64,000 nucleotides of DNA from an uncultured Acidimicrobiia bacterium (GTDB taxonomy: Bacteria; Actinomycetota; Acidimicrobiia; Spongiisociales; UBA5794), in the NCBI GenBank assembly GCA_963753185.1, contig CAVWBO010000007.1:2507805-2571804 (forward strand), read 5' to 3'. Numbering within the stretch: position 1 is the first letter of the stretch; every line of letters begins with the position of its first letter. A model generated the notes under the pieces. That model did no database searches and was not told the origin of the DNA. It was given only the letters and a program-made list of their open reading frames with translations. The position numbers and the translations under genes were made by a program. Below, piece by piece: positions 9,699 through 18,151 of this stretch.

Positions 9699-10712
9699 GT
9701 GAGCACGATCGCCACCCTCGTCGTCATGTGGACCCGGGGATGGCTGGCGGTCGCAAAGGTCACGATTCGTCGACTCCTCCTCGGCCCAACCCTGCCGTCG
9801 TGGATGTGGAGGACCGAGTGGGCCGTTGCGTTTGCTCGTGAGGTCATCTCGGTTGCCGCCGCCAAGCGGGACGACAAGCGCCTGTTCCGCTGGGGGCTGC
9901 GTGCATCGATCCCCGTCCCGCTGGACCTGCTCCGGCACGTCGACGTCCGCAGGGTCAAAGTCGGCACCATCGTGGCGGACCGCTACCTGCCGACCGACGT
10001 CTTCGTTGCGAGGACGACGATCCTCTACTTCCACGGCGGCGGGTACGCATTCGGGAACCCGGGGACCCACCGTCAGTTCATCGCACGGATCGTCCATGCA
10101 ACCCAGTCAGGCGCGATCGCGCCGAGGTACCGCCTCGCTCCCCTGTACCGCTTCCCGGCTGCCGTCGATGACGCCATCGAGTCGTACGAGGCACTCATCG
10201 CGGCTGGCATCGATCCCGCCTCGATCGTGGTTGCCGGCGACTCGGCAGGCGGAGGTCTCGCCGTTGCGCTGCTCCATCGGATCCGTGCGACGGGCGCGCC
10301 GATGCCTGCGGGAGCCATGCTGTTCTCGCCATACCTCGACCTCGAACACGGCGACTACACGATCGCCACCAACGCGAGGACCGACTATCTCCCCCTCTCG
10401 GAGCTCGCGACACCGAACCATTGGTACGCGACCACCGAGGAGCTGAGGAACCCTGAGGTGTCGCCGATCAATGCCGACCTGACGGGGTTCCCACCGATGC
10501 TCGTGTTCGTCGGTGGCGCCGAAATGCTCCTCGGGGACAGCCTCAGGTTCGCAGAGAACGCCAGGCGCGACGACGTCAGCCTCTCGCTCGTGGTCGAGCC
10601 GGAGATGGTCCACGTGTGGCCGGCGTTCGTCGACTGGGAACCTGCGAGCCGACGATGCCTCGAAACCTCGAGGTCGTGGTTCTCCGAGCTCCTCGGTGAC
10701 AGTCTGCGGTGA
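9699..10712 (+). CDS. alpha/beta-hydrolase fold-3 esterase/lipase (hormone-sensitive-lipase family)
   Basis: HGGGYAF oxyanion-hole motif and GDSAGG catalytic-serine motif. Start codon uncertain; the track start is non-ATG. Confidence 0.75.
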   Translation: MSTIATLVVMWTRGWLAVAKVTIRRLLLGPTLPSWMWRTEWAVAFAREVISVAAAKRDDKRLFRWGLRASIPVPLDLLRHVDVRRVKVGTIVADRYLPTDVFVARTTILYFHGGGYAFGNPGTHRQFIARIVHATQSGAIAPRYRLAPLYRFPAAVDDAIESYEALIAAGIDPASIVVAGDSAGGGLAVALLHRIRATGAPMPAGAMLFSPYLDLEHGDYTIATNARTDYLPLSELATPNHWYATTEELRNPEVSPINADLTGFPPMLVFVGGAEMLLGDSLRFAENARRDDVSLSLVVEPEMVHVWPAFVDWEPASRRCLETSRSWFSELLGDSLR

Positions 10713-10722
10713 ACCGCGCCCT

Positions 10723-10776
10723 CGTTCTTGCGTAACTGGGTTCCACCCATGGGTGGAACCCAGTTACGCAAGAACG
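10723..10776. repeat. 54-bp perfect palindrome (copy 1 of a palindromic element also found at 46135-46183) in the convergent gap between the esterase and uvrD; likely bidirectional terminator or hairpin element
   Basis: CGTTCTTGCGTAACTGGGTTCCACCCA|TGGGTGGAACCCAGTTACGCAAGAACG. The left arm equals the reverse complement of the right arm exactly. Shares the core GCGTAACTGGGTTCCACCC with the second copy. Confidence 0.8.
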
Positions 10777-10783
10777 GGTCAGA

Positions 10784-12835
10784 TCAGTCCCACAGCGCTG
10801 AGAGTCCCTCGACGATGTCCGTTCCCTTCCCCGACCAGGCGGACGCATCGGATCGCGACGGCGTGCCGAACGCCGACGCCTCGAACAGTCCGGAGGCGGC
10901 GTCGAGGAAACGACTCGCAAGCGCATACGTGTGCGCGCCGTTGGTGGACCGTCTGTGGTGATAGAAGCGCTGGGGCACGGTCACCGCGAGGTGATCCTTC
11001 GCCCTCGTCAATGCGACGTACAGGAGGCGCCGTTCCTCCTCGAGACCGCCGGGCTCCCCCAGCGCCATGTCGGAAGGGATGTTGCCGTCCGCTGCGTGGA
11101 TCACCGTGACAGCGCTCCACTCACCGCCCTTCGCGGAGTGGATGGTCGACAGGACCAGATAGTCGTCGTCGAGGTGCGGGGCGTCTGCGTATCCGCTGGA
11201 ACTCGCAGGGGGATCGAGCGTGATCTCTGCGAGGAACCGGGATCGGTCCGGGTAGCCCGCACCGAGCGCTGCGAGGTGCTCGATGTCGGCCATCCGGGCC
11301 TGGGCGTCGTCGTACTGGATGGGAAACACGGCAGCGCAGAACGGAGTGAGGGCATCGATCTGTGCCGCCGGCGAGGGCTCGTGGCCAGTCCCGCGGGCAT
11401 CGCTGAGTCCCGTACGGAGGAGGCCGATCACTTCGCGCGTCTCGAGGGACACCGGCACGTCGTAGGTGAGGAATGCATCGAGGATCGATAGCCCGTCCGA
11501 CGCGGCAGCGACCTCCCCCAGGTGCGCCATGATCTTCGAGGCCGTCGCTGGTCCGACGCCGGGCATCGAGAGGAGAACTCGGTTCCATGCGAGCTCGTCG
11601 CGTGGATTGTCGATGATGCGCAGCATCGCCAACAGATCCTTCACATGTGCGGATTCCATGAACGTCAAACCGCCGAACTTCACGAACGGGATGTGCCTCC
11701 GTCCGAGCTCGAGCTCCAAGCCACCCGAGTGGTGCCCCGTTCGGAAGAGGACGGCCTGGTCCCTGAGCGGGATTCCCCGCTCCCTGAGCTCGAGCACCCT
11801 GTCGCACACCCAGTCGGCTTGGGCAGCCTCGTCGAAACACGTGATGAGATCCGGGTAGCCCCCAACGGGACGTTCCGTCCACAACTCCTTGTCGAAGGCG
11901 GTCTCGGAGGCACCGATGATCGCGTTCGATACATCGAGGATCTGGGGGGTCGAGCGATAGTTGCGCTCGAGGGTCACGACCGTCGCTCCCGGATAGGTGT
12001 CCGCAAAACCGAGGATGTTCTCCACCCTCGCGGCTCTGAACGAGTAGATGGATTGGGCGTCATCCCCGACCACGGACAGATTTCCTTCGGGACCGCAGAG
12101 GTCGAAGAGGATGTCGGCCTGGATCTGGTTCGTGTCCTGGTACTCATCGACGAGGACATGGTCGAAGTCGGTGCGCACGGCCTCTCCGGCATCCGACGCC
12201 ATGAGGCCACGCCAGTACACGAGCAGGTCGTCGTAGTCGACGACGTTGGTCGCCTGCTTGCGCCTCGTGAACTCGCGGAAGATCTCCTTGAGTTCTTCGC
12301 CGTGTTCCGAACACCACGGGAAGCGTTCCTCGAGGGTCCCACCGAGCGGCGTCTGGGCATTGACGACGCGCGAGTAGATCGACGCGATCGTCTCCTTTCG
12401 AGGGAACCGCACCCGCGACCGTCCATGGCCGAGATCCGACCGAACCATGCCGAAGAGCGACTCGACGTCCGAGCGGTCAAGCACCGTGAACCCCTCGTCG
12501 AGGCCGACTGCCCTTCCGTACCTTCGGAGGAGGCGATGGGCCGTGGCATGGAAGGTCCCGCCCCACACGGGCGACGCGTCGGCGCCGTGGACTGCTGCGT
12601 CGGCGCGCCGGACCATCTCCGCGGCGGCACGGCGCGTGAACGTCAGGAGCATGATGCGCTCGGCGGGTGTCCCCGTCTCGATCAGGTGGGCGACACGGGC
12701 GGCAAGGGTCCGTGTCTTGCCCGTTCCCGCGCCCGCGACGATCAGGAGCGGGCCCGATCCGTGCACGACAGCGGACCGTTGATCCTCGTTCAGGCCGTCC
12801 AGGTACGACGGAACGTCTGTGGTTGTGTCGAACAT
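10784..12835 (-). CDS. uvrD: UvrD/Rep-family ATP-dependent DNA helicase
   Basis: 683 aa. Walker A GAGTGKT, DEYQDTN motif II, and the remaining SF1 helicase motifs through the C-terminus. Confidence 0.85.
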   Translation of the reverse strand: MFDTTTDVPSYLDGLNEDQRSAVVHGSGPLLIVAGAGTGKTRTLAARVAHLIETGTPAERIMLLTFTRRAAAEMVRRADAAVHGADASPVWGGTFHATAHRLLRRYGRAVGLDEGFTVLDRSDVESLFGMVRSDLGHGRSRVRFPRKETIASIYSRVVNAQTPLGGTLEERFPWCSEHGEELKEIFREFTRRKQATNVVDYDDLLVYWRGLMASDAGEAVRTDFDHVLVDEYQDTNQIQADILFDLCGPEGNLSVVGDDAQSIYSFRAARVENILGFADTYPGATVVTLERNYRSTPQILDVSNAIIGASETAFDKELWTERPVGGYPDLITCFDEAAQADWVCDRVLELRERGIPLRDQAVLFRTGHHSGGLELELGRRHIPFVKFGGLTFMESAHVKDLLAMLRIIDNPRDELAWNRVLLSMPGVGPATASKIMAHLGEVAAASDGLSILDAFLTYDVPVSLETREVIGLLRTGLSDARGTGHEPSPAAQIDALTPFCAAVFPIQYDDAQARMADIEHLAALGAGYPDRSRFLAEITLDPPASSSGYADAPHLDDDYLVLSTIHSAKGGEWSAVTVIHAADGNIPSDMALGEPGGLEEERRLLYVALTRAKDHLAVTVPQRFYHHRRSTNGAHTYALASRFLDAASGLFEASAFGTPSRSDASAWSGKGTDIVEGLSALWD

Positions 12836-12843
12836 GTGTTCGA
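12828..12843. promoter_or_regulatory. LexA SOS box (Cheo-type) TCGAAC-ATGT-GTTCGA overlapping the uvrD start codon
   Basis: Perfect match to the actinobacterial/Gram-positive LexA consensus TCGAAC-N4-GTTCGA. The uvrD ATG (12835-12833 on the minus strand) lies in the central ACATGT. Confidence 0.65.
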
Positions 12844-12931
12844 TGGTAGCCGGAGGCTCCGCTGTTGCGCGGGACTCTCCGCCCCGGCGGTCGCACTAGT
12901 GTCGTCGAACGTGCCTGGCGAACGCGAGATC

Positions 12932-13408
12932 ATGACGTGGGACGTCTTCGGACGGGCGAGCAGGGAGCTGGCCCAGATGATCGTCGACGACGGCTTCATG
13001 CCCGACATGATCCTGTCGATCGCCCGCGGCGGGCTCCTCATCGGTGGCGCACTGGGATACGCGCTGTCCGTCAAGAACACCTACACGATGAACGTCGAGT
13101 TCTACATCGGGGTCGATCAGCGGCTCGAGGTGCCTCGAATCCTGCCGCCCGCCCCCGACTTCGTCGATCTCCACGACAAGAGCATCCTCATTGCAGACGA
13201 CGTCGCCGACACGGGGCACACATTGATGAGCGTCAGCCGATTCTGCGAGGGCAAGGTGGGCGAGGTGCGCACCGCGGTTCTGTACGAGAAGCCCCAATCC
13301 GTCGTGCGGTGCGACTACGTGTGGCGCCGAACCGACCTGTGGATCAACTTCCCATGGAGCGATCAGCCGCCGGTCGCTGGCGTTGCCGGGTCAGTCGTCG
13401 AGGCATGA
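12932..13408 (+). CDS. phosphoribosyltransferase-domain protein (purine/xanthine PRTase-like)
   Basis: 158 aa. PRPP-binding motif ILIADDVADTGHTL. Divergent from uvrD. The long track ORF 11522..13408 is antisense noise upstream of this start. Confidence 0.7.
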   Translation: MTWDVFGRASRELAQMIVDDGFMPDMILSIARGGLLIGGALGYALSVKNTYTMNVEFYIGVDQRLEVPRILPPAPDFVDLHDKSILIADDVADTGHTLMSVSRFCEGKVGEVRTAVLYEKPQSVVRCDYVWRRTDLWINFPWSDQPPVAGVAGSVVEA

Positions 13409-13418
13409 CCGACCCGCG

Positions 13419-13973
13419 TCACGCCTCGAATGACACGGGACCGCGATTCTCGGGCTTGAGCCCGTGCTTGTCGTCGTAGAACTCCCTCGCCGTAGCCATC
13501 CACGCGCCAACGTCGCCCGAGACGCGTACCGCGGGGCCGAGGCCGATCCGCTTCGTCGGTCCGTCGATGTACGCCATGACCACGGGAATGTCGAGCGCAT
13601 CGGCGATCCGAGCGAAGCCGGTCCGCCATCGAGACGTCCTCGCGCGCGTCCCCTCAGGTGCAAGGACGAGGACCATCGGTCCTCCCTCCTCGAATGCATC
13701 GACAGCCGCCCTCACGGAATCACCCGGTGTTGCCGGATCGACCGGAATTCCGCCCATGTGCCGCAGGTACCACCCGAAGGGCCCAACGAAGAGGCCCTTG
13801 GCTCCCAGGAATCGGGCGTCGAGGTGGAAGTGGGACAGGGCGGCAAGGAACATGAAGAAGTCCCAGTTGGTCGTGTGGGGATACGCGACGACGATGAAGC
13901 GCTGCTCGTTCGGGAGTCCCCCCTCGAACGTCCACCCGCGCATGCGCAGGTACCACGCGCTGAGCCGCCTCAT
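13419..13973 (-). CDS. PlsC-family acyltransferase (1-acylglycerol-3-phosphate O-acyltransferase-like)
   Basis: Acyltransferase motifs HTTNWD (HX4D) and PEGTR. Start set at MRRLSAWY. An upstream in-frame extension to 14153 is possible. Confidence 0.6.
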   Translation of the reverse strand: MRRLSAWYLRMRGWTFEGGLPNEQRFIVVAYPHTTNWDFFMFLAALSHFHLDARFLGAKGLFVGPFGWYLRHMGGIPVDPATPGDSVRAAVDAFEEGGPMVLVLAPEGTRARTSRWRTGFARIADALDIPVVMAYIDGPTKRIGLGPAVRVSGDVGAWMATAREFYDDKHGLKPENRGPVSFEA

Positions 13974-14047
13974 CCACCGATCCCGTTCTCCGGATCCTGA
14001 CCGTTCCGTGGAGTAGTGTCCCACGAAACGGTCGATAGGAGTGTTTC

Positions 14048-14545
14048 GTGTTCGACACGTCGACCATCCACGGAGCCGGGGAGGCCATCCGGTCGCTCGT
14101 TGTCGAGCGGTCGGTCGATGCGGATCCCATGTCTGCGTGGCGTGATTGGACATCGTCTCGTTCGCTCGCCGAGTGGTGGCCCGTCAAGGAGACGAGGATC
14201 GATCTGCGCGTCGGCGGACCGATCGAGATGTTCTTCGATCCTGAGGCACCACCGGGGGATCAGGGAAGCGAGGGATGCCGCTTCCTGTCATATGTGCCGG
14301 GGGAGATGGTGTCGTTCACCTGGAACGCACCACCGCACCTGTCCCTTCGCAAGGTCAACACGTGGGTGGTCATCACATTCTCCCGCCGCCTGGATGAGAG
14401 CACCGACGTACGTCTGGTCCACACCGGCTTCCTCGAGGGTGAGGATTGGAACGCCTACATGTCGTACTTCGAGAGCGCGTGGAGCTACGTCCTCGACCTC
14501 CAGGTCGAGCATCACGCCGGACAGCGCGCTTCCGACACGCGCTAG
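14048..14545 (+). CDS. SRPBCC-superfamily protein (AHSA1/activator-of-Hsp90-ATPase-like domain)
   Basis: 165 aa, AHSA1-like START/Bet v1 fold pattern. Divergent from the acyltransferase. Confidence 0.6.
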   Translation: MFDTSTIHGAGEAIRSLVVERSVDADPMSAWRDWTSSRSLAEWWPVKETRIDLRVGGPIEMFFDPEAPPGDQGSEGCRFLSYVPGEMVSFTWNAPPHLSLRKVNTWVVITFSRRLDESTDVRLVHTGFLEGEDWNAYMSYFESAWSYVLDLQVEHHAGQRASDTR

Positions 14546-14584
14546 CGTCACACCACCAGCCAAGGACACGAACCCGGAGGCAGC

Positions 14585-14902
14585 ATGTACGTCGTCCGTC
14601 GCATCTATACGACCAAACCAGGCGAGGCACGCCGCGCAGCAACGCTGATCAGCGAAATCGGCAAGGCCTACGAAGCGGCGGGAACCCGTGGTCCCAGCCG
14701 TGTCTACTTCAACAGCGGCACGACGCCGGGGACGCGCAACACGGTCGTCATGGAGTGGACCGACGACGCACTCGTGACGCCGTATCGGGACGACCGGGTT
14801 CGGGTGGAAGGACTCGAGGACGTGTCCGCCCAACTCCGAGAGGTCACCATCGAGAGCGAGATCGAGTTCTGGGAGCTCATGACAGACGAGAAGAGGATCT
14901 GA
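14585..14902 (+). CDS. NIPSNAP-like small dimeric alpha/beta-barrel protein
   Basis: 105 aa, MYVVRRIYTTKPGE..., reminiscent of the NIPSNAP N-terminus. Good RBS GGAGGCAGC before the ATG. Confidence 0.45.
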   Translation: MYVVRRIYTTKPGEARRAATLISEIGKAYEAAGTRGPSRVYFNSGTTPGTRNTVVMEWTDDALVTPYRDDRVRVEGLEDVSAQLREVTIESEIEFWELMTDEKRI

Positions 14903-14944
14903 CCGCCCGGTACTCCCGGACGGCCAGATCCTTCCATTCCTGTA

Positions 14945-14989
14945 CCGATTGCCTGGAACCCGATTGCCGGGAACCCGATTGCCGGGAAC
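14945..14989. repeat. three tandem copies of a 15-bp unit CCGATTGCC(T/G)GGAAC abutting the yceI stop codon
   Basis: Direct tandem repeat in the convergent gap between the NIPSNAP-like gene and yceI. Confidence 0.7.
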
Positions 14990-14991
14990 GA

Positions 14992-15597
14992 TCAGCTGAG
15001 TGAGGCCTGAGCCTCGATCTCGAGCTTGACCGTCTTCGAGACGAGCACGCCACCGCCTTCGAGGGCGACGTTCCATGTGAGCCCCCAGTCCTCGCGAGCG
15101 ACCTCGGTCGTCGCCGAGAACGCGGCCTTCGCATTGCCCCACGGGTCATTCGTGATCCCGACGAAGTCGAAGTCGAGGGTCACGGGCTTTGTGACGTCCT
15201 TGATCGTGAGGTCGCCGGTGAGCGTCCACCGAGAACCCTTGGGCTCGACCTTCTTCGATACGAACCGGATCTCGGGATAGGTCTCGACATCGAAGAAGTC
15301 GGCCGACTTCAGGTGAGCGTCTCGATCCGCGGTGCCGGATGTCACCGACGCCACGTCGATGACGACCTCGACCTTCGAATCGCGGGGATCCTCGGCGACC
15401 ACGATCGTGCCCGACAACTCCTGGAACCCTCCGCGAACCTTGGTGACCATGAGATGGCGTGCGATGAATTCCGCCTGGGTGTGGGTCGGATCGAGCGTCC
15501 ACGTGCCGACCGCAGGCACTTCCTTGCCGTCCACCGACCGTGTGAGGGACATCGTGTCCGATGCTACGTCGTCCGTCATTACGTTGTCCGTTGTCAT
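14992..15597 (-). CDS. YceI-family polyisoprenoid-binding protein
   Basis: C-terminal ~200 aa of the track ORF match the YceI domain. Start at MTTDNV, with GGAGG 5 nt upstream. The upstream ORF extension is antisense to marR. Confidence 0.75.
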   Translation of the reverse strand: MTTDNVMTDDVASDTMSLTRSVDGKEVPAVGTWTLDPTHTQAEFIARHLMVTKVRGGFQELSGTIVVAEDPRDSKVEVVIDVASVTSGTADRDAHLKSADFFDVETYPEIRFVSKKVEPKGSRWTLTGDLTIKDVTKPVTLDFDFVGITNDPWGNAKAAFSATTEVAREDWGLTWNVALEGGGVLVSKTVKLEIEAQASLS

Positions 15598-15620
15598 GGA
15601 AACCTCCATATTCGTTCCTG

Positions 15621-15670
15621 ACTGCAACAGTTGCTGTATGCAACAATCAGTGTAGTTGCATATTTCAACT
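15621..15670. promoter_or_regulatory. cluster of overlapping inverted repeats built on TGCAAC/GTTGCA half-sites; candidate MarR operator(s) in the marR-yceI divergent region
   Basis: GCAAC-A-GTTGC (15624-15634), TATGCAAC-N10-GTTGCATA (15637-15662), AGTTG-N7-CAACT (15654-15670). A relatively AT-rich intergenic region between divergent marR and yceI. Confidence 0.5.
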
Positions 15671-15691
15671 ATTTCGCCGTACGCTTCGCTC

Positions 15692-16138
15692 ATGACGATC
15701 CGCATCCGATCGACCGAGACGACCGAGGCATGGAGGTCGCTGCTCGTTGCCCATTCGAGGGTGAACCACCGGCTCGAAGCCGACCTCAGGGCCCGTGTCG
15801 GCATGAACCTCGGCTGGTACGAGGTCCTCCTCCAACTCGCACGCGCCCCTGAACAGCGCCTTCGCATGAACGAGATCGCGGACGGGATGATCCTGTCACG
15901 GAGCGCCGCGACTCGGTTGGTGGACCGTCTCGAGCGCCATGGATTGGTCGAGAGGGCAGTCTGCGACGCCGATAGGCGGGGCATGGAGGTCTCCTTGACC
16001 GACCTGGGGAGGACCCGCTTCATCGAGGCTGGGAGGCTCCACCTCCGTGGCATCCAGGAGTACTTCGGGGATCACTGCACAGCCGACGAGCTCGCAATCC
16101 TCACAACCGTCCTGAACCGGGTGGCAGAAGCGAACTGA
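15692..16138 (+). CDS. MarR-family transcriptional regulator
   Basis: 148 aa. Winged-helix region LRMNEIADGMILSRSAATRLVDRLERHGLVER. Divergent from yceI. Confidence 0.8.
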   Translation: MTIRIRSTETTEAWRSLLVAHSRVNHRLEADLRARVGMNLGWYEVLLQLARAPEQRLRMNEIADGMILSRSAATRLVDRLERHGLVERAVCDADRRGMEVSLTDLGRTRFIEAGRLHLRGIQEYFGDHCTADELAILTTVLNRVAEAN

Positions 16139-16216
16139 TCCCCGCGTCGGACGAGAAACCCTTCGTTTCCCGTCTCGTTTCGTACACTCCGTGGTCGTCG
16201 CCAGGGACCGGAGAGC

Positions 16217-18031
16217 ATGAATAGATACCTCATCGCAGCAGCGGTCGCCGTCCCGCTCGTCGCGGTGCTGTTCATCGGTGCCGGCTACATCCACGACGAG
16301 GTCATGTCGGACGGCAGTGTGAGTCGGGGCGTCGAGGCCGCAGGAATCGACCTTTCGCGCCTCCCTGCGGCGACCGCGCTCACTGCGGTCGCCGCATACG
16401 AGGAGCGGCTGGTGTCCGAACCGGTGGTGCTCATCATCGACGGCAAGGAGGTGGAGCTCGATCCTGCCGACGTCGACCTGGCCGTCGATGAACAAGCCGT
16501 CGTCGACGAAGCCCTCACCATCCGACGATCCGACGGAATGCTGTCCAACATCCGATCGTGGTTCGCGACGTGGTCGTCCACCGAGACCATCGACATTCCG
16601 GTGTCGTTCGACCGCGATGCGCTGGCGGCGCTGCTCTCGGGCCTGTCGCGGACGGCGATCGGGAAGCCTGCGTATGAGGGCGCCGTGCTTGTCGAGAGCG
16701 GTCTGGCGATACCCGAGTACCCGAGGCCGGGTCTGGTCATCGACGTCGATGCGTCCATTCCCCTCATCGCATCCCAACTCGAGACGCCCGACCGCTCCAC
16801 GGTCTCACTCCCGCTGATGCCGCTCGAACCTGCGGTCACCAGGGCGGATGTCGACGTCGCCGTGGCGAAGGCCAACAGGCTGATCGGCGAGCCTGTCGTC
16901 CTTCGCAAGTCGGGCCAATCCGCGACGATGATGTTCACTCCAACGGGTTTGGCCTCGGCCCTCCGATCCGAGGTCGTCGTCAACTCGCCTGCCACCCTCG
17001 AGGTTTCGCTCGACGATGCCATCCTCCGCGAAATCGCCTCAAGGACCGCCGACGAGTTCGTCGTCCCACCGCTCGACGCGACCTTCTCCTTCGACGACGT
17101 GACGAAGACCTTCACGGTCATTCCGTCGGTGACGGGGCTGAAGGTGGATCTCGACGCAATCCCGGCGATCGTGACGCGTGCGGCGCTCAGCAATCGCACG
17201 GCCGTGCTGCCGATGGCAGAAGGAGATGAGGCGGCGTTCACGACCGAGATGGCGCAAGCCATGGCACCGCTCGGAGAGGTGTCGTCCTTCACGACGAATC
17301 ATCCGTGCTGTGAGAACAGGGTCAGGAACATCCAGCTGCTCGCCGACACGATCCGAGGCTCGATCGTGATGCCTGGTGAGACGTTCTCGATCAACGAGAC
17401 AGCAGGGCAACGCACACTCGCCAAGGGGTACGTCCGAGCGGGCGCGATCATCAACGGCCGAGTCGAGTGCTGCGACAACCCCGCCAATGTCGGCGGTGGG
17501 ACGAGCCAGTTCGCAACCACCTTCTACAACGCCGTGTTCTTCGGGTGCTACGAGGATGTGTTCCACCAGCCCCACAGCCTCTACTTCTCTCGGTATCCCT
17601 TCGTCAGGGAGGCAACGCTCGGTTTCCCGGCGCCCGACGTCAAGTTCCGGAACGACTCCGACGCGATCGTCTACATCGACACGTCGTACACGCCATCGTC
17701 GATCACCGTGACCCTCTACGGGAACAACGGAGGCAGGACCTGCACGTCCGAACGGTCGGGAAACACGATCACCAGGGTCATGACGTGGCCCGATGGAAGG
17801 ATCACGACGCAGGATTGGACCTGGTTCTACAAGCAGCCACGCGAGGATGACCCTCCCCCGACGACCACGACCACCACGCAGCCACCGACGACCACGACCA
17901 CCGTGCCAGACACGACGACGACGCAGCCTCCGCCCACGACAACCACGACGACCGAGCCCCCTCCGACCACAACCACCACGACGGAGCCTCCGCCCACGAC
18001 CACGACGACGACGACGACGACGGAGCCCTAG
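16217..18031 (+). CDS. VanW-family protein with N-terminal TM anchor and C-terminal Thr/Pro-rich low-complexity tail
   Basis: N-terminal TM helix, a central YoaR/VanW domain, and a terminal (PPPTTTTTTE)n tail that ends at the stop codon. Confidence 0.7.
   Translation: MNRYLIAAAVAVPLVAVLFIGAGYIHDEVMSDGSVSRGVEAAGIDLSRLPAATALTAVAAYEERLVSEPVVLIIDGKEVELDPADVDLAVDEQAVVDEALTIRRSDGMLSNIRSWFATWSSTETIDIPVSFDRDALAALLSGLSRTAIGKPAYEGAVLVESGLAIPEYPRPGLVIDVDASIPLIASQLETPDRSTVSLPLMPLEPAVTRADVDVAVAKANRLIGEPVVLRKSGQSATMMFTPTGLASALRSEVVVNSPATLEVSLDDAILREIASRTADEFVVPPLDATFSFDDVTKTFTVIPSVTGLKVDLDAIPAIVTRAALSNRTAVLPMAEGDEAAFTTEMAQAMAPLGEVSSFTTNHPCCENRVRNIQLLADTIRGSIVMPGETFSINETAGQRTLAKGYVRAGAIINGRVECCDNPANVGGGTSQFATTFYNAVFFGCYEDVFHQPHSLYFSRYPFVREATLGFPAPDVKFRNDSDAIVYIDTSYTPSSITVTLYGNNGGRTCTSERSGNTITRVMTWPDGRITTQDWTWFYKQPREDDPPPTTTTTTQPPTTTTTVPDTTTTQPPPTTTTTTEPPPTTTTTTEPPPTTTTTTTTTEP
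17851..18030 (+). repeat. ACC/ACG-rich tandem codon repeats encoding the PT-rich tail of VanW
   Basis: Imperfect tandem repeats of CCGCCCACGACCACGACGACGACGGAGCC-like units. Confidence 0.6.
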
Positions 18032-18151
18032 CACCTGCTCGCACGACCGTGACATCGACGACGTCCACCGATGCTGCGGTCTCCGCTGTCTTCCTGGAGG
18101 CGGGACCCGCCGGGTAGCGCACGGACCACCCGCCTACCGTCGGGGGACCCG

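Noticed and set aside
10385-10961. Several ORFs reading through the palindromes at 10723-10776 and 46135-46183, giving peptides such as MRNWVPPMGGTQLRK and VTGFHPW.
   Set aside because: Both strands give near-identical peptides because the DNA is palindromic. No start or RBS context is present. They are by-products of the hairpin element.
11522-13408. 628-aa plus-strand ORF spanning uvrD antisense and the PRTase gene.
   Set aside because: Only the last ~158 codons (from ATG 12932) have homology and sit outside uvrD. The remainder is antisense to the helicase and crosses the LexA box.
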